This document shows positions 50,204-62,200 of a DNA stretch of 64,000 bases, in pieces. The position numbers and the translations under genes are program-made. Every line of letters starts with the position of its first letter. The first letter of the stretch is position 1. The notes under the pieces were generated by a model. The model was not told where the DNA came from. It saw only the letters and a list, made by a program, of their open reading frames with translations, and did no database searches. Origin of the DNA: Ascidiella aspersa (lineage: Eukaryota); NCBI GenBank assembly GCA_963924565.1, contig OZ004610.1, positions 34,906,001-34,970,000 on the forward strand, in the 5' to 3' direction.

Positions 50204-53200
50204 ATGGGTTGCATGAACAGCAAGACAACAGCAGTGAGCGCTGCCCCAGTTAAGAAAGCTACTAATGGAACAAGTGAGATGACAGCAACTGTGAAACCGA
50301 CTCCCAGGAAAGAATCGCCTCAAACACAAACCAAAGTCGAGCAAGGTGCGTTGCTAGGGGTTAGCTGGGGGTGCGTTGCTAGGGGTAAGGTATTGAAAAT
50401 TGGCAACCTTTAGATAAATTTGCATTTTCCTTAAACATTACTTTGACAATTGCGTGTTCAACGCAAAATAATTTTTATACAATTTAAATAAATGTTTTAA
50501 ATTTTAGTGAAACCAGTCGCGGAAGAAAACAACGCATCTTCAACAGAAAGTAAGAAAAAATACCAGAGCTATTGCTTAGCGCTCTCGTCTATGTTTGTGT
50601 GTGTATGCGTGTGTTCGTATATATGTGTGTGTGGTTGGCCTAAGTTTAGATTTAACGAACTGAAGTTTATACTGTGCCGCGGTTTTTGGCTGTTAGCTTT
50701 AATTTTAATTCCCACCTAACACTTAACATAGACAAAGTGAGGTAATAATGGGATGTTATAGGCATGCAATATTGCCTCGCTCACACGAAACGGTTAACAT
50801 TAAACTGCGCCATAAATATTTCATCTTAGATGTCTTGGTCCATGTTTACTTTTCCTTAGAACCGCTCCAACCCATAACGAGCCTTTAAACTGAGAAGTTC
50901 AATATTTAACCAACTCAACAAGAAGTTGTGTTTGCTCTCGTGTTATAAAATGTTAAATACTCCGTGTTATTTGATGATTCCATGCTTGCTATGGGCGTTT
51001 GTGCTATGTCTGTGTGTCCAAGGTGTAGCTGCTTCGCGCCCCTAATAGTGACGTCACACTGCGTATTTCACGCTAACCTTACGTTGGTGGACGGATTGGC
51101 GACCCACAGCCTGGACGTTGAAATACAGCCACACTGTCCACTGGTTTTCAACGAAAAGTTGATCAATATCTTGGCGAGTAAAGCCGACTCTTCGGCATTA
51201 ATGACGTCACTACGTCCCACTGGAGGCGCTGTTGTTATGAGTTATTTTGACGACGAAGGGAACCTGATATTTCGAGCTGTCAGTTGTAACTTGATTCTGC
51301 GGTAGGCCGGTCTTGTCCCGCCAACCTCTCAACACAAAAGCGCTCGTTAATTGAAGCTGGATGTTCGTTGGTGACGATTCGTGGTAAATGCCCACTCAAG
51401 GGTCTTCTGGCTAAAGTCGCTTGTCGATGTTGCGGTGAAACAAAAAGTTCCTGCGTTGGGGAAATTATATTAAATCATATTAAGCTAACGGCAAATGAAT
51501 ATGGGCCTCGCTAATTTGTTGATTTACGTAACTACATAACAAGGTTTACCGATTTTCATTGAGTTGTGTTTGGTTGAGCTATAGGCTTACTTGCAGCCGC
51601 CACTTTGTGAAGCGGGCTTATGTTTGCCAGGACGTACAATCCCGGCGAGAATGTTGGCTCAGCAAACAACTCAGAGTTCAAACGCAAATATCCCAAAGTT
51701 GGCCTGATTGCTATGACAACACCTGCCTACGCCAATAGAAGCAAGTTGTGCGAAAGTGAATGCGATAAACCTGGTGGAAATTTATTTGCTCAAGTGGAAC
51801 CATCCACGCACTATTCTGATCATTAACTCGTCTCATTTAAAGATAAATGGTTCAAGTTTTGCTCGAGTAATTAAAAGATGTAAACCGGCTTGTTTATATT
51901 TTTAGCTGGAGAACAAACCACGACGTCAGCAACAGAACCAGGTCAGTAAGCTGAACTGGAAATGTTCCCACAACCGCCTTATGTTTTTACTTTTTCGTTG
52001 TAGGCTACGGTTTATTACAAACTTATGTGAACAGGGCTGGTTAGTTTGTATTGAGCGACAAGTGGAGTGGTGGTAAACAAATCATAAACACCTACTGGTT
52101 ATTTATTAAAAATCTTCTTTAATAATAACAAATGACACTTATATTTTCAGAACCCGAAAAACCAGTCGAAGAAAGTAAACCTGAACCCGAAAAGACCCCA
52201 ACACGTGAGTGACCTTTAGTAACCCCTTAAAAGTTATTTCCAGTGTATCCCTGCTCCTTCCTTTCCGAAACCAATAAGCAAAGACTGATAAATAATTTAT
52301 TATCTGTTTGTAATTTCCTGCTTTGAGTAAAGTTTACACAAATATTCACAAACACCGGTTAGACGCTGAATTTCTAAACATCCAAATAAATATTTCAATC
52401 AAACAAACAAAACTGTTATTTTATCAACCAACTTCGAGGACACGTTTTAATTTGCTAAATAAAACATAAATCCAGATAATTCCTTTTTAAATTTAAATTA
52501 GGAACACTATATAGGGATCTGTTCATAAGTTTAATCGTGAAAATAACTGCCCAAATAGACGTTAAAAGCGACATGCTTTATCATCACTGATGATGGCATT
52601 AGAAATTGCCGAAACGTTTGAAAATAAAGCATGTCGCTTTTAACGTCTATTTGGGCCGTTATTTTCACCATTAAATTTAAATTAGTTTAAAATTTTGCCC
52701 CCACTAACTCTTTTGCGCCACCTGCCGGAAGTAATGTTATTTTAATTTCTATGAACCAGCTCCGGAAGAGGATAAACCGGAACCGGAAGTAAAGGTTCCC
52801 ACGCCCGAACCGGAACCGGAAGTAACCCAAGAGGAATCGCAAGGTGAGGCGGAAGCGACGTAGGTTGTCACGTGATTGCTTGAAGCTTGCTGATTGGTTG
52901 AGGCGATTCACACTTTGGAAATGGCCCGAAATTCAAAAATCATTCCGCCCGTAATTTGAAAAGAACCTAAACCCACGATAAATAAAAGGCAATTTTTTAT
53001 TAACCCTGCCAGCTGTTGTACGTTTTCTGGGGTGAAATAAATAAATATTTAGTGATGCACGGAAACGTGTGAATGTAACTGGTCACATGGTTTTAAACCA
53101 ATAACCGTCTCTCTATAAAAAAAAAAAAAGAAAAAAGAGGAAAGCGAACTGGTCCTAATGACCGCACCCTAATGTTGATTTGTATTTGTAACTTTAGAAA

Positions 53201-55472
53201 TTTGTCTGATTTTCGTTGATTTTGTGAGTAGTTGTTTATAGTTTTCCAATCAGCACGGTTTTGTAGCCATTTTGATTCTAGCAGAAGAGTTCTCAAGGTT
53301 AATAGTTCGAATCCCACTTATTCAATCTACTGAATAATCTGAATCTGCACACACACTGTCTATGAATCTGCACACACACTGTCTATGAATCTGCACACAC
53401 ACTGTCTATGAATCTGCACACACACTGTCTATGAATCTACAACACACACTGTCTATGCACTGCTTGGCAACATTTAGAAAGCATAGAGCTGGTTGAGAGC
53501 GACGCACAAACGCATGCGAACAGTTAGTCGAAACTTAAGCAGATGATGTCACACAGAAGCAACACAGACAACGGAAGCGGTCCAAGAGCAAGCAGAGATC
53601 TCATACAACAGTGAGCCCTCCCAACAAACTGAACCTACCCAACAAACTGAGACCGTAGATCAGAATAACCAAGGTTAAATGGCATGGATATGTTTCATGG
53701 CTGGCTCGTGTCTATGTTTTTTGCGAAAAAGTAAAATCGGCATTATTTATTGTCATTATAATTAATCAGTTTTAACATAACATTCAAGTTAATAAGTTAT
53801 TATTTACTGCTCAGCGTGGTTTGGGTTAATTACGTAATGAGGTACACCATAGTGACGTCATGCATTTGAAATATTGGTATAATGACGTCACGAATTGTTC
53901 AGACTCTTTGAAAGTGGAGCCTTCTGTTAGCGAACAAACGTGTGATCAGAACAATGAACAAACGACTGAAACAGGTGCAAACAATGACGTTTGTTGACGT
54001 CACAATACTTCAGTCACTGAGTTTTGTAGCACTTTGTGTTGTTGGAATGTTTGTCATAACCTTAACGGTGTTTTTGCTCGTTTTTACTTACTTTTTGAAA
54101 TATATACTGACAAAAGCACTTTATTGCGTCAATCACACATTAAAATATATTAAATGTAACACAGAAATTTTGTCGGAATAACCGACAAAGAACAATCATC
54201 AAAGTTACTCCACATTTATTATTCAGTTTTTTTATTTTATTGCTAAACTAACAGCACGAAAGGGCGCATGTTTACCCTTGCTGAGAAACCCGGTATGCGC
54301 TATACCTTGCTTACGTGTATGACGTCATGACTTGCTAACACGCATGACATCACATATATGATGTGTTAACTTGTATGACGTGTTTGTTGCAGAAACAAGC
54401 AAACCTGAAGTGACAGAACAAGAAGAAGCTGCCACAGGTGAGAAAATAGAAATGTCATGGGTTATTGGAGGTCACTGGGTTATTGAAGGTCATGGGGTTA
54501 CTGTATGTCATAGGGTAATTTTTGAATGTACTTAGTCAAAATAGGCCAATAGCACGGTTTGGGAGGCCATGGCAACGTGCACTAGTAGGCAGTGTGGTAA
54601 CGGACGTTCTCCTCTAACCCGTGAAACTGACGACCGCCAGTGATTCGAATGAATGGTTAAGAACCACTTAGATATAGGGTTTAGTGTGGCCTGTGTCAAC
54701 TTGAAATAAATTTTGCCTCATTTCTATAAACGACCATCAAATTGTTTCATATTCTTTTTATAAAACGTATTGCAGTAGTAGTCTTGTGTTGGTTTGTGGA
54801 AGTGCTTGAAGGTTGGCAACATTCCTTAGTGGCTTGTGTTGTAAGCACTTACAAGCACCCGCCAACACTTAACACACACTCAACGAATCCTGCTTACAAT
54901 TAAGCCCTAACCTGGGTCAACAATCTTAGCGCGGGTCGTAAGTGGACAAGCCAAGACAACAAGGCCGCAACAAGCTTTGGCTGATTGCATTATAACCCAC
55001 TCACCGTTTTACCACCAACGTTCAAGGCTTTAAAATAGGAAACTTTTAAAAGCAGTGACCTTTATACAAATTTATTTGAAATTTAAGCGACGTTTTTTGT
55101 TTTAGCTGAAGAAGCGGAAGGACCAACTGCCAACGATGCAGTCGCCGAATCAGCGCCTGACGCAGGTGAACTAACTTTAAACTAGCTTCGTTTGTGGTGG
55201 GGACGAATGGAAACGGCGTACCCATCATGTTTGTATTCACGTGATCACCACAACTAGTTGTTAACAACAATTGCATTTCACGTATTCGATGAGTGATTGT
55301 CGTCCTTTGTTATCTAACAATGCTTGCTTGTTTTACAGGGGACGGCGGCGATGGTTCCGGGGGTACAGGAGATGGGGGTGCAGGTTCCGGGGGTGCAGGG
55401 GATGGGGGTGCAGGTTCCGGTGGTGCAGGGGATGGGGGTGCAGGAGGTTCAGGGGGAGACGGTGGTGCCTAA
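50204..55472 (+). CDS. orphan acidic, disordered protein with N-terminal MGC acylation motif (about 261 aa), 10 exons
   Basis: Exons 50204-50345, 50508-50549, 51906-51941, 52151-52204, 52760-52843, 53557-53673, 53903-53974, 54393-54437, 55106-55165, 55339-55472. All are bounded by AG/GT, all introns are phase 1, and they join into a stop-free E/P/T/Q/A-rich frame ending in (GDGGAGSGGA)-type repeats and TAA. Confidence 0.75.
52527..52678 (+). ncRNA. type I hammerhead ribozyme (minimal, Penelope/retrozyme-type) closed by a stem I of about 60 bp
   Basis: CTGATGA at 52587-52593, then T, stem II GGCA/TGCC, GAAA at 52611-52614 and CGTT (predicted cut after 52618). Stem I TCA/TGA continues into the long flanking inverted repeat. 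Confidence 0.72.
53340..53457 (+). repeat. 23-bp tandem repeat (about 5 copies), probably a SINE tail
   Basis: Unit TGAATCTGCACACACACTGTCTA, directly after a B-box-like AGTTCGAATCCCA at about 53304. Confidence 0.85.
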
Positions 55473-55968
55473 GGTCAAATAATACCCCCGTTTTAACTTT
55501 TATTGCCATGCTTTGTAAAAATATTTATCAGAGTTTAACAAAAGTTTCCTTCTTTTCTTGTGCTTCGCTGTCCTTCGCAACTTCGCAAGTCTGCTTAAAA
55601 GTGCTCATCATGACACAATTGTGTTTAAACTTAAAATGTAAAACCTAAAATATAACTGTTTATGCGATTGGCAGATGTTTTTTACACAAGAGCGGAGCAT
55701 ATAAATGTACCTACATTTCATTAAAGTGTTTAGTGTTTTTCGTATTACTCCCTTTCTAGCGTATCCTACAAACTAACCATGACAAAACCAAAGGAAATAT
55801 AAATATAGAAAAGCGTTTTACAAACCTGATTTTTCGTACTGTTTAGGTTTCAAAACTATATCAAGAATAAAAACGCTTTTTTATTTCATATTTGTGCTAT
55901 TATTTAAATTGCATTTAAATAACGAAAAAAGAATAACGTTTTCTAAGAATTAAAATTGTATTTTACAC

Positions 55969-56944
55969 CAGTACTCTTTAACCTTTTTTGGTTTGGTGAA
56001 CCCTTAAAGTTGTTGTGACGAACTCATGCACCTTGTTTACTTAAAAGGTAAACTGAGGTAAAAAGCGATATGAAAAATCATTATGCATATTAATATCATC
56101 GTGTCAATTAAACCAAGCGGAGCCGCCGAAGTTTTACCAACTGTGAGAGTTCGATTATGACTGCAGGCTTCTTGCGGTTGCGAGTACTATTGCATTTCAT
56201 AAAACAACATTCAAACAAAGACAAATAGCAAAGAGACTTTTTAATGACTGGTTTGTTGTTGCACATTATTAACTAACAACTCAAACCGAGGTATGATATA
56301 TTTTTCAATTGCTTCCCTCATCAATGGGTCGATGTGTGTGATTGAATTTCTCTTTCGAGATTTAATTTCACACAAACAAGAAAACCCGCTTTCGCATAAA
56401 TACGTTGTTGGCATTTGAATAAGCACGGAAATTGCCTTTTCTGCTATGCTTCTGTATTCTGCCACATTTCAGTGTATGGTGTCTCTTATAATAATACTTA
56501 CGGTATATTGAGTTAATATTTACATGTAGACCTACAACTAAACATTCAACGCAGCACTTAAATATTAGCTTGGGTTCAAATGATTTTTTTAACTACACAG
56601 CAAATGTAACTTCAAACAGTTGTTTTAAATTAAGCTTGAAATTACTTCTGTAAAGTCACTAACAATAAAGTATTTGCAGCTCAAAAACGTAGCAAAACAA
56701 GTGGCTACATTTCCAACGAAAAACGAGGCGAAATCGTGACCTCATGAGGCGTTTTTTTTAACCATTTAAATTATACAAAAGGTGAACTGATCACAGAAAT
56801 GTATATTTGCGATGCAACAGATTCATTTATACATCAGTCGAAACTTACATTATTTTTGTAACATCCTGAAAGTCAAATATAAATGGTTCATTAAAATTTT
56901 GCGATGCACCCTTGTATACCCTTTCGTACCGTTGAAGAGCACTG
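55969..56944 (-). mobile_element. internally deleted hAT (Charlie/Buster, ZBED5/8-like) transposon retaining the C-terminal dimerisation-domain fragment
   Basis: TIRs CAGTACTCTTTAAC / GTTGAAGAGCACTG and a perfect TSD TTTTACAC. ORF 56241-56465 reads EYRSIAEKAISVLIQMPTTYLCESGFS...KSRKRN. Confidence 0.9.
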
Positions 56945-58528
56945 TTTTACACGAGCATATTTATGCTCATTCGAAATAGTAGCGAATAAATAGTAGCGAA
57001 TATCAGGCTGTACATTTTTCCACAACCTTTTTCACTTGCGGCAGACCAACAGAGCTAACATCGTTTGACTTCATACGCACAAAATATACCTGAAACGACA
57101 ACACATTACAATGCATTCTACGGCAAAGAAGACGAAGCCCCTGAAATATACTAGGCCGCTCAAAACTTCATTATAATAGAGAATTAGAGAACATCTTGGG
57201 TTTCCAAAAAGGGTGGCCTACCTAAAAAATAAAGCTTTTTACGTTTTGGCCTAAATTAATTGGAAACCCCAGTAATGTAAAATTTACAAAACGCCTCCAG
57301 GAACCTCCAGGAACATAGCAATACACCTGACATGGTCTCAGATTGAGTTATTTAGTCTCTATAATCAAAGTTTCGAAATATTCCCGCGATGATATAAAGC
57401 TATTTGTAGAAAAGCTAACACTGTAGGTGTATATTTTACTAGAAGGTTAGCAAATCCCAGCCCGCTGAAATGTAAAAGTGAACTATCGAAAAAAAGTAAA
57501 GCAATTTGAACCTAATAAACCCTGTCACCATTTATTACTTGTTGACGTTCAATCTAAGGTTTTAAATTTAATTTAAAATGTATGTTCGGGATCGACTTTG
57601 TTCACAAATGTAGCTTTGTGGAGTTTCACATAAAAAATTCAAGTTTTATTTATGTTAAGCAAAAAGTTAGTTCTAACGTTGTAGACAAATATATATTCAC
57701 GGGATTCAAATATATTGTACTAGACGAAATACCCGGCGTTGCCCAGGTTAAATAGAATATTTACCGATTTTTCGTAAGATCTTCGTAAATGACATAAATA
57801 ATGCAAACATATTTTTTTAAATGTCATAACAAATTTGTTTATGCCTAAACGGTTGAACTGAGTGTCACTAAATAGAAATTTCAAATCGTGTGATGTGAAG
57901 TCGGTTAACTATAGCGCACAACACTTGGCTAAGCATGCAATACAAACTTTTAAGTAACGAAAACTTTTAAGTAACGAAAACCCTTGACGTTTGTCAATTG
58001 AGAATAACTCCCAAACGTTAAACTTTAGGTTGCAGCAGCAATTGCTTAGACTTGCTTGATAGCGTCATGTTCAAGCAAATACGTAATCCCGGTGCTAAAC
58101 TGCGTCAAACGTGAGAAAAATCCTCATTGAAAAAACAAATGCTTACTGTTAACTGCTGCAATAAACGCAATATTTCGCGAACTCTGCTAAGTATTGCGTG
58201 GGTAAACACATTGTAAGAAGTCATTAGGCTTTGGCCTTAATCACTATCGCTAACAAACGGCATAAAAATAAAAATTCAATTCTTCGTAAATTTGCGAACT
58301 CTACCTAAATTTTACGCGTAAACAGGCATCAATAAGTTCCTAAACGTAATAGTCTTAGTTGGAAACATTAAAATTTTACTTTATGAATGAAATGTACTTA
58401 GTTTTATTTTTTTATTTCCCTGAAGGTAAATTAAACTTGGACTATCTTTTACTTACTGCGACAACAAACGAGATATTTTGCGAACTCTGCCTAAATTCGG
58501 CATTGATAAACTGGTCTTTACTTGGAAC

Positions 58529-58722
58529 CAGGGCTGCGGACTCGGGACTCGGGACTCGGGACTCGGGACTCGGGACTCGGGACTCGGGACTCGGGACTCG
58601 GGACTCGGGACTCGGGACTCGGGACTCGGGACTCGGGACTCGGGACTCGGGACTCGGGACTCGGGACTCGGGACTCGGGACTCGGGTAGGAACCACGTAA
58701 AACTACATGAGTCCCGAGTCCG
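58529..58722 (+). repeat. (GGGACTC)n heptamer array (about 21 copies) expanded from a transposon terminus
   Basis: Begins with CAGGGCTGCGGA, the same terminus as the 47960 MITE. A perfect 7-bp array follows, then an inverted GAGTCCCGAGTCCG. Confidence 0.9.
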
Positions 58723-58920
58723 ACGTGCGCAAGCGCAGTATCAAATTTAAAAACTGTTAAGGCGGCAAAATGTAAGTTATAAAAGTGTAATAGCAAATGG
58801 TGAAATATTTTTTAACCATGTAATGCGGTGGATCAATTATGACACCAATATGAGTGGATTGCAGAAACTCCACCGTAATTTAGTTGCGTAAATGGGTAAA
58901 ATTCAGGCTGTAGAGTAGGG

Positions 58921-59112
58921 CTACCATATTTTCAGCACCTTAAAAGAGGACATTTTCTTGCCTGCAAGTGAAACGAAAGTAGAATTGTTACGTTTGAGAA
59001 AAACGTGCCATATCCAAGTATTGCATTCAGCTTCGAAATTAACACGTCTTTTTCTGAAACACGGATACTTATGGCGTAGCTCATCAGTAAACAGAGTTTT
59101 CCTTTTTAGCAT
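58921..59112 (-). pseudogene. degenerate N-terminus of a hAT-type transposase
   Basis: KRKTLFTDELRHKYPCFRK...FEAEC...TFVSLAGK resembles BED-like N-termini of invertebrate hAT transposases. Recognised from memory only. Confidence 0.4.
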
Positions 59113-59246
59113 TATAATATATAGCTTATATTTTGCTTTATTGTTGTCTCAATTTAAAGAAAGCGTCTGCTGAGAACCACCTGATGCCATAGACAAGTGG
59201 TTCTTACTCTTTTTCAGCCGTGTCCCCCTTGGTAATTTTTCCATGC

Positions 59247-62200
59247 TGTTGTGGAACGCAACCGCGCCATTCCCGAGCACGCGGCTCGAGGCATTCTTGT
59301 GTTATTTTAATTGCTATGCGTTGTTTGTGTGTACGCGCTTGATTTGTGCCTACTGCAGGAATGTAATTGGTGTGTTTGTAATTACTTCGTAAGCCTATAA
59401 AAGGCTGTTCACTTACTACTACGTTACCATTCCATTTTACTGATTTCGACTGAATACAACTTAAGTTACAACAAACTGTGCTTATTTGGACTCTGTAAAG
59501 AAGCAAGGCGCAAACGTGATTGAAAACACAACAGAGTTTTTGGCGACGAGGATGGGATCGGTCAACTGAACAACTTGTTTCAATCTCAACGTTTGTGTCA
59601 ATATGGAGAAGCTATTGGAGACGATGCAGAAGCAGATGAAACAGCAACAACGACAGCATGAAGAGCAAATGAATCTTATCCTATCTGTGTTGGAAAAGTC
59701 ATCTGGTCCCGCTGTTACCAATTCTAATGTTGCTGCACCTAGCTTTAACCCTTTTGATTCTACGACAGAATTGTGGGATGACTACTGGTCTCGCTTCTCA
59801 ACATTTGTGAAGGCTCATGCAATATCCGAGAAGAGGGTTGCCCAAGTGTTTTTAACGAACCAAACCACGACAACTTACAAGCTGCTGTCCAATTTAGCAG
59901 GACAAAGTTCGCCAGCGAAAGACGTCAACGATCTAACAATGAATGAGATTGAAGGCTTCATGAAAGATCAATTTGATCCCAAGCGTTTTATTATTCGCGA
60001 AAGGTTTCGGTTTTGGAGCAACATGCAGCGCAAGCCAGGTGAAACGGTGCAAGAATTAGCCGCCCGTATTCGTCACGATGCTGCTACTTGCGATTTCACC
60101 TCTATCAAAGATCCGTTGGATGAAGCTTTACGAACCAGGTTCATCTGTTCAATATCCAATGAAGCGGTGTTGAAGGCCATGTTCAAACTCAAGTCAGATG
60201 AACTTACTTTCTCTCGTGCGATTGAGGTTGCCATGCAGACGGAGGATGCGGCGCAAGTTGCCAAGGAAACCGTCTATGGGACGAGCGGTTCTGTGCGTAA
60301 GGTGCGCGGATCCAAGAAGCCGTTTACAAAATCCGCACCGAATGAGAAGCCCAAAGAAGCTGCCCGATGTTATCGCTGTGGGAAAACTGGTCATTTTGCG
60401 CCGGTTTGCCGTCACAAGAATGCGACGTGTCGATATTGCAATCGTATAGGTCATACTGAAGATGCTTGCCGTAAGAAGAAGTCCGATGTGGTCAATTCGA
60501 TGACGAATGTTCATTTGCTGAAGTCAATTTCCACTCGTTCCCCACTACACAAGTTGAAGGTTGTGGTGTCACTTTTTGGCAAATTTTGCGAATTTGAGCT
60601 GGATACAGCAACCAGTGGAAATTTCTTGTCTGTCCACGATTGGAAGAGAATCGGGTCGCCTAAGCTTCGCGCTCCTGATCGACGTTTTAATTCTGCGACA
60701 GAGCACCCAGTGCCTTTGTTGGGTATGTTTACGACGCCAACTACTTATGGTGGTCGAGTCTTTGATCAAGATTTCTTTGTCACGAAAGTTCCATGCTTAA
60801 ATTTGCTTGGTCGCAATGCCATATGTTCTTTGGAGATTTCGGTTGACGACATACTGCATCATTCATCTTCCAAAGATTGCGTGAATTCCGTTGTTACTTC
60901 GGGCGATCAACTCTATCTGCCTTTACAAGATGCTTGCCGAGGTCTTTGCAACGAGTTTAAAGACATTTTCAAACCTGAACTGGGTTGCTTGAAAGGTTTA
61001 GAGCTTGAAGTGAAGTTTCAAGCGGAGGCTAAACCGGTTTTCTTTAAGCACCGTTCTGTGCCATTTGCGCTTCAAGAAGATGTTGCCCGTGAATATGACG
61101 CAGGAATTGCCCGAGGAATCTGGACTCCAGTCAAGTTCAATGACTGGGGTACACCGGTGGTTCCTGTTCGAAAAGCACCGTTGTCAACACACAACAGGCC
61201 ACGGCTAAGACTTTGCGGGGATTATTCAGCCACGGTAAATCCCCAATTGGCACTCCATCGACATCCACTACCTCTTCCAGATACTTTGATGCAGAAACTT
61301 CGAGGAGGATTTGGTTTCACAAAGATCGATCTTGCTGATGCATACAACCAAATACGTCTAGGTCCTGAAAGCCGGAAAAGGTTGGCGTTGAGCACTCACC
61401 GAGGTGTCTTGCTGCAAAATGTATTACCGTTTGGCATCACCTCGGCTCCGGGATACTTTCAACAGATTATGGACGAACTGACGCAAGATCTTCCAGGAGT
61501 GGCTGTATATCTTGATGATTTACTTGTCAGCGGTTCATCGGCAAAAGATCACTTAAACAATCTCCGTCAATTGCTTCAACGTTTAAGTGAGAAGGGGCTT
61601 CGCTGTCGTTTCGAGAAATGCAAGTTTGCACAACCCACAGTTGAATACTTGGGTCATTTACTTCATAAAGACGGCATCAGGAAAGCTTCCAAACTCGATG
61701 CTGTGCTCAATATGCCTGCACCCAAAAACGCATCGGCACTACGTTCGTTTCTTGGGTCGGTTCAATTTTATAGTAAATTTTTGCCACCAAGTTTTTCTTC
61801 CATTGCTGAACCTCTGTATCGTCTGACTCGAGACAAAGTTCTTTGGAGTTGGAATAACGAAGAATCAAAAGCTTTCCGTCAATTGAAGACATGGCTGTCT
61901 TCTGACAATGTTTTAACTTACTTTGATCCCTCTCTTCCTATTGGGATATCTTGTGATGCGTCAAATGTGGGCATTGGTGCCGTACTTTTTCATCGCTATT
62001 CGGACGGAAGCGAAAGGCCAATTGCAAATGTCTCAAAGTTGCTCTCCTCCAGTCAGCGCAACTACAGCCAAATTCAAAAAGAGGCTCTTTCAATTATCTT
62101 CGCACTGAAGAAATTTTACCAGTATCTTTTTGGTCGTGAATTCATTCTTGTCACCGACCACAAGCCACTGTTGGCACTTTTTGGTCCTACAAAGCCAACT

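Noticed and set aside
55271-55648. Arg/Gly/Trp/Cys-rich 125-aa ORF
   Set aside because: Alternative frame of the Gly/Asp-rich last exon of the 50204 gene.
57719-57750. Helitron/Helentron-like start TACTAG...CCCGGCGTTGCCC
   Set aside because: Only a short motif. No matching other end could be located, so it was not annotated.
58359-58796. ORFs with GTRDSGL / SPESRVP repeats
   Set aside because: Translations of the GGGACTC heptamer array.
59204-59506. Minus-strand ORF repeated at 63723-63995
   Set aside because: It is the LTR sequence present twice, with no coding hallmarks.
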